This document shows positions 17,372 to 26,383 of a DNA stretch of 32,000 bases, in pieces. Position 1 is the first letter of the stretch. Each line of letters opens with the position of its first letter. Source of the stretch: Candidatus Jordarchaeales archaeon (lineage in GTDB: Archaea > Asgardarchaeota > Jordiarchaeia > Jordiarchaeales > Freyrarchaeaceae); assembly GCA_038858525.1 (NCBI GenBank), contig JAWCFL010000005.1, positions 1 through 32,000 of the forward strand. Reading direction: 5' to 3'. The notes under the pieces are model-generated. The model saw only the letters and a list, made by a program, of their open reading frames with translations. It made no database searches and was not told the origin of the DNA. The position numbers were made by a program, and so were the translations under genes.

Positions 17372-18547
17372 TTGAGTTCGCCTGTTAGCATTAACTTCGA
17401 GGCTAGACTTAGAAAAATTAGAGGAAAGATGGAAGAAGAAGGCATCGATGTGATCGTTGGCACACGTCTTCGGACATTAGGCTACGTTACTGGCGCCTTC
17501 ATTCCCTGGAGAAGTGCGGTGATAATACCCTTACACGGTGAGCCTGAAATCTTCACGATACTCTTAGATGTTGAGAGGGTGAAGGATGACAGCTGGATCA
17601 AAAATGTTAAGGCATGGGGTCCGGCTGAGGGAATGTACTTAGAGCCGTTGATTGCTGACTCGATCAAGCGTCTCGGGTATGATAAAGGTAGGATAGGCGT
17701 GGAATACGGACAGGAATGGATTCTTGCTTCAGGACATATTCTCGCCTCCGAATATGACAATTTGAGAAAACTGTTGCCTGACGCTGAGTTTAAGAACGCT
17801 ACGCCATTAATTGACAAACTAACCCTCTACAAGGAGCCAGAAGAGATCAAGCTTCTCAGGAGGGCGTCAGAGATAACTGACGTTGGTCAACAAGCAGTTA
17901 AAGACTCCTTAGAGGTTGGAATGACTGAGACCGAAGTCGCCGGGATAGCGGAGTACGCTATGCGAAGAGCAGGTAGCGACTGGGCTTGGACGTTAACCGG
18001 AGGACAGGAGATAGCATCAGGGTACAGGACGGCCTACGCTTGGGGAGGATGCACCCCTGCATCTGATAAGATAATTCAGCCAGGAGACAACGTGCTCGTC
18101 GACCTTCATGCCATGTACCGCCTTTACTATGGAGACCTTTCCCACAACTATATTATGGGACGCCCATCAGAAGAACAAAAAAAGCTTTCTGATGTCTTTG
18201 TTGAAATATCATACACCGTAATAGACGAAATGCAGCCAGGAGCGAAAATAGGGGAAATTGCGAAGAAAGCCCTTAAAGTCGCAGAGAAGCATGGATATGG
18301 CAGCAACGTCCTCTTTGGCTTCGGCCACGGAATAGGCGGCGTAGGTAACGAGTCATACCCCCTCATACTAGACATGCCACCTTGGAGCGACATGGAACTC
18401 GAGCCCAGCATGGTTGAAATAGCAGCAGTTGTTCTGAACAAGCCCAATGTTGGAGGAATGAGACTAGAAGCACCAGTATGGATAAAGGAGAATGGCAACG
18501 AAGTTCTCCCGAAAACACCAATAGAGCCGGACTTTATTGAAATATAA
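17372..18547 (+). CDS. M24 (Xaa-Pro peptidase/creatinase) family protein with an altered active site
   Basis: Creatinase-like N-domain; K.PEEI.LLRRA, GMTETEVAG, VLVD, YGD, FGHGIG, GGMRLE; likely TTG start at 17372 after GAGGTG (ORF track starts at 17363). Confidence 0.85.
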   Translation: MSSPVSINFEARLRKIRGKMEEEGIDVIVGTRLRTLGYVTGAFIPWRSAVIIPLHGEPEIFTILLDVERVKDDSWIKNVKAWGPAEGMYLEPLIADSIKRLGYDKGRIGVEYGQEWILASGHILASEYDNLRKLLPDAEFKNATPLIDKLTLYKEPEEIKLLRRASEITDVGQQAVKDSLEVGMTETEVAGIAEYAMRRAGSDWAWTLTGGQEIASGYRTAYAWGGCTPASDKIIQPGDNVLVDLHAMYRLYYGDLSHNYIMGRPSEEQKKLSDVFVEISYTVIDEMQPGAKIGEIAKKALKVAEKHGYGSNVLFGFGHGIGGVGNESYPLILDMPPWSDMELEPSMVEIAAVVLNKPNVGGMRLEAPVWIKENGNEVLPKTPIEPDFIEI

Positions 18548-18770
18548 CAATGATATTGTTCCGTTGATTTGCAAAAAGAACATGTTTTACCAAGTATCTA
18601 ACTTTTATCGTTCTTTTTTCTTTTGGAAATTGTCTCACCTTTTGCGCTACGCCATTAATTTTGTATTGAGACTCAATTTAACGTTAAAGTTTCAACAAAG
18701 AACCTGGAAAACTAAATTGTCCATTAAATTTCTTCCAGAAAAAATAAAATGGAAGTGCTGATTTTTTTCT

Positions 18771-18842
18771 TTAGGGCTCTGATGAAGAAGACTCGGACTC
18801 TGAACTGCATGATGGGCTCACGCAGGGCTCGAAGAGCCCTAA
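18771..18842 (+). ncRNA. Probable box C/D guide sRNA
   Basis: Perfect 10-bp terminal inverted repeat TTAGGGCTCT/AGAGCCCTAA; C box CTGATGA (18779-18785); 14-nt guide; D' CTGA (18800-18803); C' ATGATGG (18809-18815); 13-nt guide; variant D box TCGA (18829-18832); GC-rich island in an AT-rich intergenic region. Confidence 0.65.
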
Positions 18843-18893
18843 TTTACACTACTAAGGCGCTTCCGTCTCTCTGTTAATTCAGGATGGCTGCGA

Positions 18894-19229
18894 TTAGTAG
18901 TCTAGCTCCTTGATCTTCTTAAGAACTCGTGGTTTAACTTTTGCTTTGCTCAGGGGAGTTTCCTCTTCAAATAAGACTTCTTCCTCTTCCTCGGGAGCTT
19001 CTTTCTGCTCCCTTTTGAGGGATAACCCGCATGTCGAGTCCTTCTGTAGCTGTCCCTTGACGCATATGGCATATTTGCATGATGGCCCCTGACATGGGTC
19101 CTCAGCCCACTGACACCATATGAGCTTTCTGTTCCCTGAGTGTACTATCCTCATACTTTTGTTGGCGCACCTGAAAAGCTTGCAGAAGGGCGTACACCGC
19201 TTCGTGCTTGACAAACTCATTAGCCCCAA
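18894..19229 (-). CDS. Small Cys-rich (8 Cys) hypothetical protein with an acidic then basic tail
   Basis: CTPFC...C...C.W..DPC.G..CKYA.C...C pattern; likely metal-binding; lies downstream of ubiX on the same strand; ATG at 19220 may be the true start. Confidence 0.65.
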   Translation of the reverse strand: MGLMSLSSTKRCTPFCKLFRCANKSMRIVHSGNRKLIWCQWAEDPCQGPSCKYAICVKGQLQKDSTCGLSLKREQKEAPEEEEEVLFEEETPLSKAKVKPRVLKKIKELDY

Positions 19230-19284
19230 AACAGAGCTTTCAAAGAACTCAGAAAACTAATTAATAAATAAAATTTACGATCAA

Positions 19285-19851
19285 TCACCCGTCTCTCTCG
19301 CCTTCCCACCTTTTATAGAGGTTGTGTGGCACTTTTAAGACATCGAATATTTTTCCAACAATAAAATCCACTAGGTCTTTCACAGTTTTCGGTGAGTGGT
19401 AGAACGCCGGCATAGCGGGCAATATCACTGCCCCCGCAATCTTAGCCCGCATCATGTTCTCTATGTGAACAAGATTTAGAGGGGTCTCCCGGAGAACAAG
19501 TATTAGGGGCCTGCCCTCCGAGAGGGCGCAGTCCGCCGCTCTTCTTATCAACGTGTCCGCTTGTCCTGTAGCTATCGCTGCCAAGGTTGCCATGGAGCAT
19601 GGAACAATAACTACAGCGTCTACCGGGTACGATCCACTAGCTATTGGTGCTGCCAAGTTATTGTTTTCGAACACTTGCGTAGCTAACTCGTAAAGCTTCT
19701 CTATATCAACTTCGAGCTCGAACCTGATCACTTTCTTGGCGGCATCCGAGATAACCAGAATAACTTCATCCCCTCTTTTCCTTAACTCTTCCAGAAGTCT
19801 GTATGCATATATGGCTCCGCTCGCCCCAGTAATCCCAACAACAACTTTCAC
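19285..19851 (-). CDS. ubiX: Flavin prenyltransferase UbiX
   Basis: VVGITGASGA, APIASGS, VPCSMATLAAIATG, RRAAD, LVLRETPL, PAMPAFYH.P. Confidence 0.95.
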   Translation of the reverse strand: MKVVVGITGASGAIYAYRLLEELRKRGDEVILVISDAAKKVIRFELEVDIEKLYELATQVFENNNLAAPIASGSYPVDAVVIVPCSMATLAAIATGQADTLIRRAADCALSEGRPLILVLRETPLNLVHIENMMRAKIAGAVILPAMPAFYHSPKTVKDLVDFIVGKIFDVLKVPHNLYKRWEGERDG

Positions 19852-21113
19852 GGCGTCTCCTCCCTGAAGTCATCAATTTCCCAGATCGGCCTGAAAAGCC
19901 TCACGGTAACTTCCTCGCCTTGCTCTATGAAGCTTCGGTTTGCTTTTATTTCTATGTAGCCGTGGCTTGATGAAAGAGTTGTTATTGCCTCAGACCCAGT
20001 AGGAGTAGGATAAACCTTTAAGTCATCTTCCTTCCTAAGTATTACAGGCTTAAACTCAAGCCTTCCCTCCTCGGAGAATATTCTAACGCCCGCTCTTGCC
20101 TTGACTTTCATACCTTCACGCGGGGGGAGACGTGACCACTTCCTTATGTAAGGGTCAACTATAACGTAGTAGGTCAAAAGAGCTGAAGTAGGATATCCGG
20201 GAAGCATGAAGACGGGTTTACCTCTATATGATGCTACTACTGTAGGCTTACCAGGCTTCATGGCTAATCCATGAACCATAAAATCGAGTGGCCCCAACTC
20301 TCGCAGAGCAGATGGAACAGCATCTCCAGGTCCCTTAGATGTTCCACCTGAAAACACTACTACGTCACAAGTCGCAAGCGCCTCTCTTAAAGCTCTCACC
20401 AGCATCTCCTTGTTATCCCTTAAAACCCCAATGTAGACTGGCTCTCCTCCTGAAGCTCTAATAGCATTAACCAAAGTGACAGAGTTCACGTCATATATCT
20501 TCCCAAGTCTCAGCTCGTCTCCGAGTTTGATGAGTTCATCGCCTGTGCTCGCGACAGCAACTCTCAGTTTCCCATAAACTCGTACTTTGCCTACACCTGT
20601 AGCTGCTATTGCACCAACATCTTGCGGTGACAGCACCCTTCCTCCTCTAATGAGGACCTCCCCCTTTCTTATATCCCTCCCCGCCTCCACGATATTTTCT
20701 CCAGGCGTTACGGCCTTGTACACGTTTACGTACCCTTCTCTTTCAACGGTATACTCCACCATGACAACAGCATCCGCCCCCTCAGGTATCAGGGCGCCAG
20801 TAGCCACTCTAACACACGTCTTATCTCTCACCTCTGGAGTTTGCTCGTCGCCTGCTTTAACCTCACCCACCACTTTCAAACTCACAGGATTTACCTCTCC
20901 TGCACTAAACGTGTCTTTTGCGACGACTGCATATCCATCCCTAGCCGCCCTCCTAAAATGAGGAACATCAACTGGGGACTTGAAGTCCTCCACCAAAACC
21001 CTCCCCAACGCGTCCCAAATGCCGACCTCCACTACGGGAGGCGTCACGTCAATTTTATCCAGCTTTGAGAAAAGCTCCTCTAGAGAAGTTACCGAGTAAA
21101 ACAGCTCCCTCAC
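19848..21113 (-). CDS. moeA: Molybdopterin molybdenumtransferase MoeA (paralogue 2, no fused PBP domain)
   Basis: RAARDGYAV, ATGALIP.GADAVVMVE, STGDEL, IYDVNS, SGGTS, MKPGKPT, LPGYPTS. Confidence 0.93.
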   Translation of the reverse strand: MRELFYSVTSLEELFSKLDKIDVTPPVVEVGIWDALGRVLVEDFKSPVDVPHFRRAARDGYAVVAKDTFSAGEVNPVSLKVVGEVKAGDEQTPEVRDKTCVRVATGALIPEGADAVVMVEYTVEREGYVNVYKAVTPGENIVEAGRDIRKGEVLIRGGRVLSPQDVGAIAATGVGKVRVYGKLRVAVASTGDELIKLGDELRLGKIYDVNSVTLVNAIRASGGEPVYIGVLRDNKEMLVRALREALATCDVVVFSGGTSKGPGDAVPSALRELGPLDFMVHGLAMKPGKPTVVASYRGKPVFMLPGYPTSALLTYYVIVDPYIRKWSRLPPREGMKVKARAGVRIFSEEGRLEFKPVILRKEDDLKVYPTPTGSEAITTLSSSHGYIEIKANRSFIEQGEEVTVRLFRPIWEIDDFREETP

Positions 21114-21123
21114 GAAATACCCC

Positions 21124-22374
21124 CTAGAAAAAATATTGGAAAAGCTTAACCTTTACTTTCTCTCCCTCGTCAAACCCCTCAATATCTTCGGGGATTTCAA
21201 CTACTCCGTCAGCCCTCGTCATGCTGCTCAGTATGCCTGAACCAGCAGCCATCAACGGAATTGCCACAAGGCCTTTTTCGCTTTCCTCAAGCTTAACTCT
21301 AAGAAAGTCCCGTCTACCAAGTGTAGAGGGGACACGTCTAGTTAAAACGGCCTCAACAACCGGTCTTGGGTCAAGCTTCCTTGCTCCAAGCATTTTCCTT
21401 ATAGAGGGAGCCACAATGCTTTCAAAGGCAATCATGGCTGCTACGGGAAATCCTGGAAGGCAAAAGACGGGTTTCTGGCTTACAAAGAACACCGCTGTCG
21501 GTCCCCCCGGCCTTATGGTTAAGCCATGTGCTACTTTTTTCCCTCCAAACTCCTCCACGATGTCGGACATGTAGTCGTATTTTCCCACTGAGGTTCCTCC
21601 CGAGAAAACTGCCATGTCAAACGTTAAAGCCTTCTCTACCGCAATCCTTAATGCGTTGCGTTCGTCAGGGAAAATACCTAGGTAAACTGGCCTACCACCA
21701 TAAATCCTAGTTAGGGTTGCCAGCACGTGCTCGTTTGACGCGACAACCTGTCCCACTCCCGGCTCTTCGTTTACATCAACAAGTTCGCTTCCAGTCGAGG
21801 CTATGGCGACCTTTGGCTTTACCGCAACGCTTATCTCTCTAATTCCGCACTGAAGCAGCAAGCCTATTTCCTGAGGGCGGATGACGTCGCCGTCAGCAAC
21901 TACAACATCTCCCGCCTTAACATCCTCGCCTTTGCGTGAAACATTTTGAAATGGAGCCACCGGCCTGTAAACGTAAAGATCTCCCTCACTTATTGAAGTG
22001 TACTCCACCATTACGACAGCATTCGCTCCTTTAGGCATGGGTGCCCCAGTGGATATCTGAGCAGCTTCTCCTTTTCTAACTTCAACATCCGGCGTTTTTC
22101 CAACAACGCATTCCCCCACTAGCTTCAGCTTTGCAGGTTTTTCCTGACTACACTTGAACGTATCCTCAGCAACTACGGCGTATCCATCCATCGCGGCCCT
22201 GTCAAAATGAGGGACGTCGCGCTCCGCTTTTATGTCGCCGTAGGCGATGCGTCCTAAAGCTGAAACAGTCGGAACCCTTTCAGGCGGCATCCTGGGAAGA
22301 GCTGGAAGAACTTCTTCTAGAACTTCTTTAAGAGTCCTCCTTTCGCTGAAACCTTTCATTCTTACTGAGCTCAT
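21124..22374 (-). CDS. moeA: Molybdopterin molybdenumtransferase MoeA (paralogue 1)
   Basis: FDRAAMDGYAV, STGAPMP.GANAVVMVE, STGSEL, SGGTSVGKYD, IRPGGPT, LPGFPVAA, GSGILSSMTRADG. Confidence 0.93.
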   Translation of the reverse strand: MSSVRMKGFSERRTLKEVLEEVLPALPRMPPERVPTVSALGRIAYGDIKAERDVPHFDRAAMDGYAVVAEDTFKCSQEKPAKLKLVGECVVGKTPDVEVRKGEAAQISTGAPMPKGANAVVMVEYTSISEGDLYVYRPVAPFQNVSRKGEDVKAGDVVVADGDVIRPQEIGLLLQCGIREISVAVKPKVAIASTGSELVDVNEEPGVGQVVASNEHVLATLTRIYGGRPVYLGIFPDERNALRIAVEKALTFDMAVFSGGTSVGKYDYMSDIVEEFGGKKVAHGLTIRPGGPTAVFFVSQKPVFCLPGFPVAAMIAFESIVAPSIRKMLGARKLDPRPVVEAVLTRRVPSTLGRRDFLRVKLEESEKGLVAIPLMAAGSGILSSMTRADGVVEIPEDIEGFDEGEKVKVKLFQYFF

Positions 22375-22915
22375 TACTTGTTCCCCCCTCTTTGATGTGA
22401 AATGCCAAATGCCCGGCTTCCGGGAGGATTAGCTTGGTTAGCGCGGTATAAACCGCATTTGGTGAGCCAGGAAGGCAAAAGATAGGCGTTCCTTTATACA
22501 CCCCCGCATCAGCCCGCGTGAGCATAGCTGCAGAACCTATCTCGTTGTAGCTTTCAAACCTCAGAAGCTCACCAAATCCCGGAATTCTTTTCTCGAAAAG
22601 CTGACTCAACGCTTCTAAGGTTACGTCTCTTCTCGAAAACCCTGTTCCTCCAGAAGTTACAATCACATCTGCCCCGCTATTCGCAGCACGTTTAACCGCC
22701 TCAATTATCATTTCAGCTTCATCGGGAACAACATCCCGTAAAATAAGCTTGTGGCCAGCCTCTTCAACCAGCCTCCTGAAGACCGGCGTTGTTTCATCAC
22801 TACTTTCTTTTCCCTCTTTCCACTCTCTATAGCGCGTGTCACTTATTATTATGAGAGCAAAATTCAATGATCCTGCATTTTTTCTGTGCTTATGATGCGT
22901 TGGTTCAGGCTTCAC
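22328..22915 (-). CDS. moaB: Molybdenum cofactor biosynthesis protein MoaB/MogA
   Basis: IIISDTR, VVPDE, TSGGTGFSRRDVT, IPGFGELLR, AMLTRA, LPGSPNAV. Confidence 0.93.
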   Translation of the reverse strand: MKPEPTHHKHRKNAGSLNFALIIISDTRYREWKEGKESSDETTPVFRRLVEEAGHKLILRDVVPDEAEMIIEAVKRAANSGADVIVTSGGTGFSRRDVTLEALSQLFEKRIPGFGELLRFESYNEIGSAAMLTRADAGVYKGTPIFCLPGSPNAVYTALTKLILPEAGHLAFHIKEGGTSNELSKNERFQRKEDS

Positions 22916-23358
22916 CCTTTCTCCTCCTTCAGCTTATTGACGACTCGCACCTCCTCTATTACTGTTTCAGGATACTGCCCGTACTCGTCTTTTTCGTACT
23001 GCTTACACATATCCCAAACTACGAGCAAGGCTATGGAGACAGCTGTTAACGCCTCCATTTCGACCCCTGTTTTCCCCACAGACCTAACTGTCGCTTTAAC
23101 CTCAACAAACGAGTCGCCAGCCTCCACATCTATATCCACGCCAGTTATCGGTATCGGGTGGCAGAGCGGTATAAGCTCCGGCGTCTTCTTAGCTGCCAAA
23201 ATCCCTGCTATCTGAGCTGCTGCCACCACGTCTCCCTTATCGATCCTTCCTTCCTTTATCCTCCTCACGGTATCTGTTTTAAGCCTTATTCTTCCTCTTG
23301 CCTCAGCAACTCTTAAAACATCATGTTTCTCCCCTACGTCCACCATTTTTACCTTCAA
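22912..23358 (-). CDS. moaC: Cyclic pyranopterin monophosphate synthase MoaC
   Basis: MVDVGEK, KGDV...AQIAGILAAKKTPELIPLCHPI, KTGVEMEALTA, DMCK. Confidence 0.97.
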   Translation of the reverse strand: MKVKMVDVGEKHDVLRVAEARGRIRLKTDTVRRIKEGRIDKGDVVAAAQIAGILAAKKTPELIPLCHPIPITGVDIDVEAGDSFVEVKATVRSVGKTGVEMEALTAVSIALLVVWDMCKQYEKDEYGQYPETVIEEVRVVNKLKEEKG

Positions 23359-23440
23359 GTATAGACACCTCAGCTAATTAACGTAAGAAATCAGATTTAA
23401 ACCATTTTCATGTATTATTAGCCTAAGACTACTCTGGCGG

Positions 23441-24235
23441 GTGCTACTATTGTTCGTTTTTCAATTTGTGGGTTTAGGCAGGCATGTAGGCAAGACGTCA
23501 ATCATAGTGCAGCTAGTGAAGCTTTTCAGTGAGAAAGGGTTAAGAGTTGGGGTGATTAAACACGGCCACAGCTATGACCCAGCATTCGACTTAAAAAGTG
23601 GGGAAGATGCTAAAGACACTGTAAGGTTCACTGAAGCAGGATCCGTGGTCACGATAGTGATGACGAACAAGTCGACTGTGACCATCACAGCCGTCGGGAG
23701 CCTTGAAAGAGTAATAGAGAATCTCTTAAGCCAAGTGGACGTAGTATTTCTGGAAGGTTTTAAGGAAGAAGAATGTTACCCCCGGATCATAGTGGCGGAG
23801 GCTGTTAGTGATGTTTCCCAACTGCTAACCAGTAACACTATAGCGGTTACAGGAAACGCGGCGGTAGCATGCTACGAGGAACTTAAGCATCATCATCCTT
23901 CACTCAGCATTGCTAAGAGTGCTGAAGAGCTAGCTGAGGTCCTCTACTCTTTCATTATTGAAAAAGTCGTGGAGAAAGTTGGAGGTAAAAGTTGCGGCGT
24001 CTGCGGTCATCCCAATTGTGAAGCGTTCATTGAATCATTAAGAACAGGGAAAGCTAAGCCAACAGCCTGCCCCCAAGTTTCCCCTAGAGTCTCACTGTAT
24101 CTAGATGGAAAACCTTTACCTTTAAATCCGTTCGTTCAGTCAATGATTGAAAACACCTTACGTGGAATGCTGAGATCCCTTAAGGGTGTTGGAAGACATA
24201 AGAGAGTGGAAGTCTTCATATCCTCTCCTCCTTGA
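23441..24235 (+). CDS. mobB: MobB (molybdopterin-guanine dinucleotide biosynthesis protein B) with C-terminal Fe-S domain
   Basis: GKT P-loop, VGVIKH, DTVRF..AG, LEGFK; CGVCGHPNC...CP Fe-S motif; LNPFVQSMI tail; start may be TTG 23450. Confidence 0.85.
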   Translation: MLLLFVFQFVGLGRHVGKTSIIVQLVKLFSEKGLRVGVIKHGHSYDPAFDLKSGEDAKDTVRFTEAGSVVTIVMTNKSTVTITAVGSLERVIENLLSQVDVVFLEGFKEEECYPRIIVAEAVSDVSQLLTSNTIAVTGNAAVACYEELKHHHPSLSIAKSAEELAEVLYSFIIEKVVEKVGGKSCGVCGHPNCEAFIESLRTGKAKPTACPQVSPRVSLYLDGKPLPLNPFVQSMIENTLRGMLRSLKGVGRHKRVEVFISSPP

Positions 24236-24320
24236 ATAACAAGAAACCTAGAATCTGCATCGAGAAGCAACATTTCCCTCCTTAGCTAGTTAGGGAAGGT
24301 TGCCTACTGGAGGGAGTGAT

Positions 24321-25142
24321 TTGCGTTACGCTGTCAAGCTTGCATATATTGGCTCAAACTACTTTGGATTTCAGCGTCAGCCGTCAAAGATTACTGTGGA
24401 AGCCGTCCTCCTCGAAGCGATGCGCAGAGCCGGACTGTTCTCCGACCCTAAGGAAGCTAGATATTCTTCTGCTGGGAGGACTGATAGAGGAGTTCACGCT
24501 TTAAGTCAGGTTGTTGCATTCAATTCAAATGCACCACTCTCCCTCCCAAGAATTAACGCTTTTCTGCCGATGGATGTGCGATGCTGGGCTTACGCCTTTG
24601 TTCCTGATGATTTTAATCCAAGAAGGGATGCAATACTGAGAACTTACAAATACTATGTTGCTTGGAGGGGGGAAGATCTAGACTGCATGAAGGAAGCTGC
24701 ATCACTACTTTTAGGGACGCATGACTTCAGAAACTTCTGTAAGCCTCGCAAAGGCGAGTCAACCATTAGGACACTAAACCAGGTTAGCGTCGAGGCACAG
24801 GGAAAATTACTGTGCTTCACCCTTTCAGCCAAGAGCTTCCTTTGGAGCATGGTGAGAAAGATAGTTTCCGTCTTACTCATGGTCGGGGCGGGATTAAAGA
24901 ACGTCGACTTCGTCTCTTCACTCCTTAATCCTGACCTTAATCCAAGAGAAGGAATAAAGCCAGCTGACCCAGAGGGGCTAATACTCTACGACATAGAGTA
25001 TCCTTTCAGGTTTAAGGTATGTGAAAAAAGTAGAAAACTTCTCATAGACTATTTGAATAAGAAGCTTCACACTACTATTGCTCTTTCATCAGTCTACCAT
25101 GCATTGATAGAAGGTATAACTACTAACTCAAGATTTTCTTGA
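24321..25142 (+). CDS. truA: tRNA pseudouridine(38-40) synthase TruA
   Basis: AYIGSNYFGFQRQP, AGRTDRGVHA (catalytic Asp), GTHDFRNF, FLWSMVRKIV; likely TTG start at 24321 after GGAGTGA (ORF track starts at 24300). Confidence 0.95.
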   Translation: MRYAVKLAYIGSNYFGFQRQPSKITVEAVLLEAMRRAGLFSDPKEARYSSAGRTDRGVHALSQVVAFNSNAPLSLPRINAFLPMDVRCWAYAFVPDDFNPRRDAILRTYKYYVAWRGEDLDCMKEAASLLLGTHDFRNFCKPRKGESTIRTLNQVSVEAQGKLLCFTLSAKSFLWSMVRKIVSVLLMVGAGLKNVDFVSSLLNPDLNPREGIKPADPEGLILYDIEYPFRFKVCEKSRKLLIDYLNKKLHTTIALSSVYHALIEGITTNSRFS

Positions 25143-26379
25143 CCTTTTCAGCGGCTTCCTTAGAGACTAAAAACTCAATAGCCTCTGGCTCGATGCCAAG
25201 CCATTTAACCAACTTTGCCCCAACCTCCGGGTTAGCCTCGATGATGAATTTAATGTAGGGGAGGTATGACAGAAAAGCCTCCTTAGAGGAAACATGACAC
25301 TTCTCACCTACCTTACTGGCTATGCCTCCCAGGGCGTTCCTTCTAGCTCTAGCAGCACTCATATCCTTCACCCAGCTTGGAAACTGGTATTTTGGCGCAC
25401 CTCCTCCACTCGTCTCCCTTGAAAGAGAAACTCCTGCTGACATCAATGCGAAAACATACGATAGTAACCCCCAATGTTGCCTATTCCTTATTCTTCCAAG
25501 AAACACATCTGCCCTAGAAAGAGCATTGTAGGCGTCTGCTAGCTCTTTGGGGTGCTGCATGTGCTGCCACGCGTTTTCGCACATCCACTGCATGAGTAAC
25601 TCGTAGTCCACATCAGACGAGGATGCCGCCATGATCATGCCCTGTGCACTCTTACCATAAAATATCGCTTTAAGCGTATCAAATACGCTTTTCTCTTGAT
25701 CTCTCAATGAGAGAACACCCAAATCATCCATAGTTATGCTTCTCCTCCCCTCAGCCACCATTTGAAGGTCGTTGATAGCAGCCCTCAAATCACCCTTAGC
25801 GTTTTCAGCTATTTTCTTTAGAACTAGCGGGTCAGCATCCACTCCTTCTCTTTCACATATCTTAGCCAAAACACTGGCCACCACGTTAGACCTAATCCTA
25901 TTGTACCTTATAAGTTCACAGAAATCCCTTATGGGAGCAAGCTTGGGGTCCCACGCATCATTGGCAACTAAGATAACCGGATAAACTGTCTTCTTCAGGA
26001 TCTCTACAAGCCCACTTATGCCGCCCTTATCCTCGCTCCCGCTTATCCCGTCAACCTCGTCAACCAGAATAACTCTTTTTCCTCCCTTAACCAGAGAAGA
26101 GAGAGAGGATGCTGCACCCACTGTCCTCCGGATTTCGTCTAAGCTTCTCTTGTCGCTTGCATTCACCTCTACCAAGTCATACCCTAATTCGTTAATTGCA
26201 GCATAAACCGAAGCCGTCTTACCCACGCCGGCAGGTCCCCAGAGGAGGAGCGCCTTAGGTTTCCGATCTGGGTGCCAGTTCAAGATAAACTCGACAACTC
26301 TCTCCGCCGCCTTCCTGTTCTCGACAACCTCACTTACTTTTCTTGGAGCATACTTTTCCGCCCAAAGTAATCTAGACAT
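25123..26379 (-). CDS. rfcL: Replication factor C large subunit
   Basis: WAEKYAP, GPAGVGKT, VEVNASDKR, DEVDGISG, GDLRAAINDLQ; likely ATG at 26379 after GGTGA (ORF track starts at 26394). Confidence 0.95.
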   Translation of the reverse strand: MSRLLWAEKYAPRKVSEVVENRKAAERVVEFILNWHPDRKPKALLLWGPAGVGKTASVYAAINELGYDLVEVNASDKRSLDEIRRTVGAASSLSSLVKGGKRVILVDEVDGISGSEDKGGISGLVEILKKTVYPVILVANDAWDPKLAPIRDFCELIRYNRIRSNVVASVLAKICEREGVDADPLVLKKIAENAKGDLRAAINDLQMVAEGRRSITMDDLGVLSLRDQEKSVFDTLKAIFYGKSAQGMIMAASSSDVDYELLMQWMCENAWQHMQHPKELADAYNALSRADVFLGRIRNRQHWGLLSYVFALMSAGVSLSRETSGGGAPKYQFPSWVKDMSAARARRNALGGIASKVGEKCHVSSKEAFLSYLPYIKFIIEANPEVGAKLVKWLGIEPEAIEFLVSKEAAEKVKKILS

Positions 26380-26383
26380 TTTT

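Noticed and set aside
18548-18770. Replication origin (AT-rich, TGGAAA/TTCCA half-sites, 1.3 kb from mcm)
   Set aside because: No full ORB with G-string, wrong dyad spacing, and no cdc6/orc1 or whiP adjacent
838-25142. Tail-to-tail gene overlaps (nucS/hydro-lyase beta 17 nt, zpr1/sec61-beta 4 nt, truA/rfcL 20 nt)
   Set aside because: Ordinary in compact archaeal genomes
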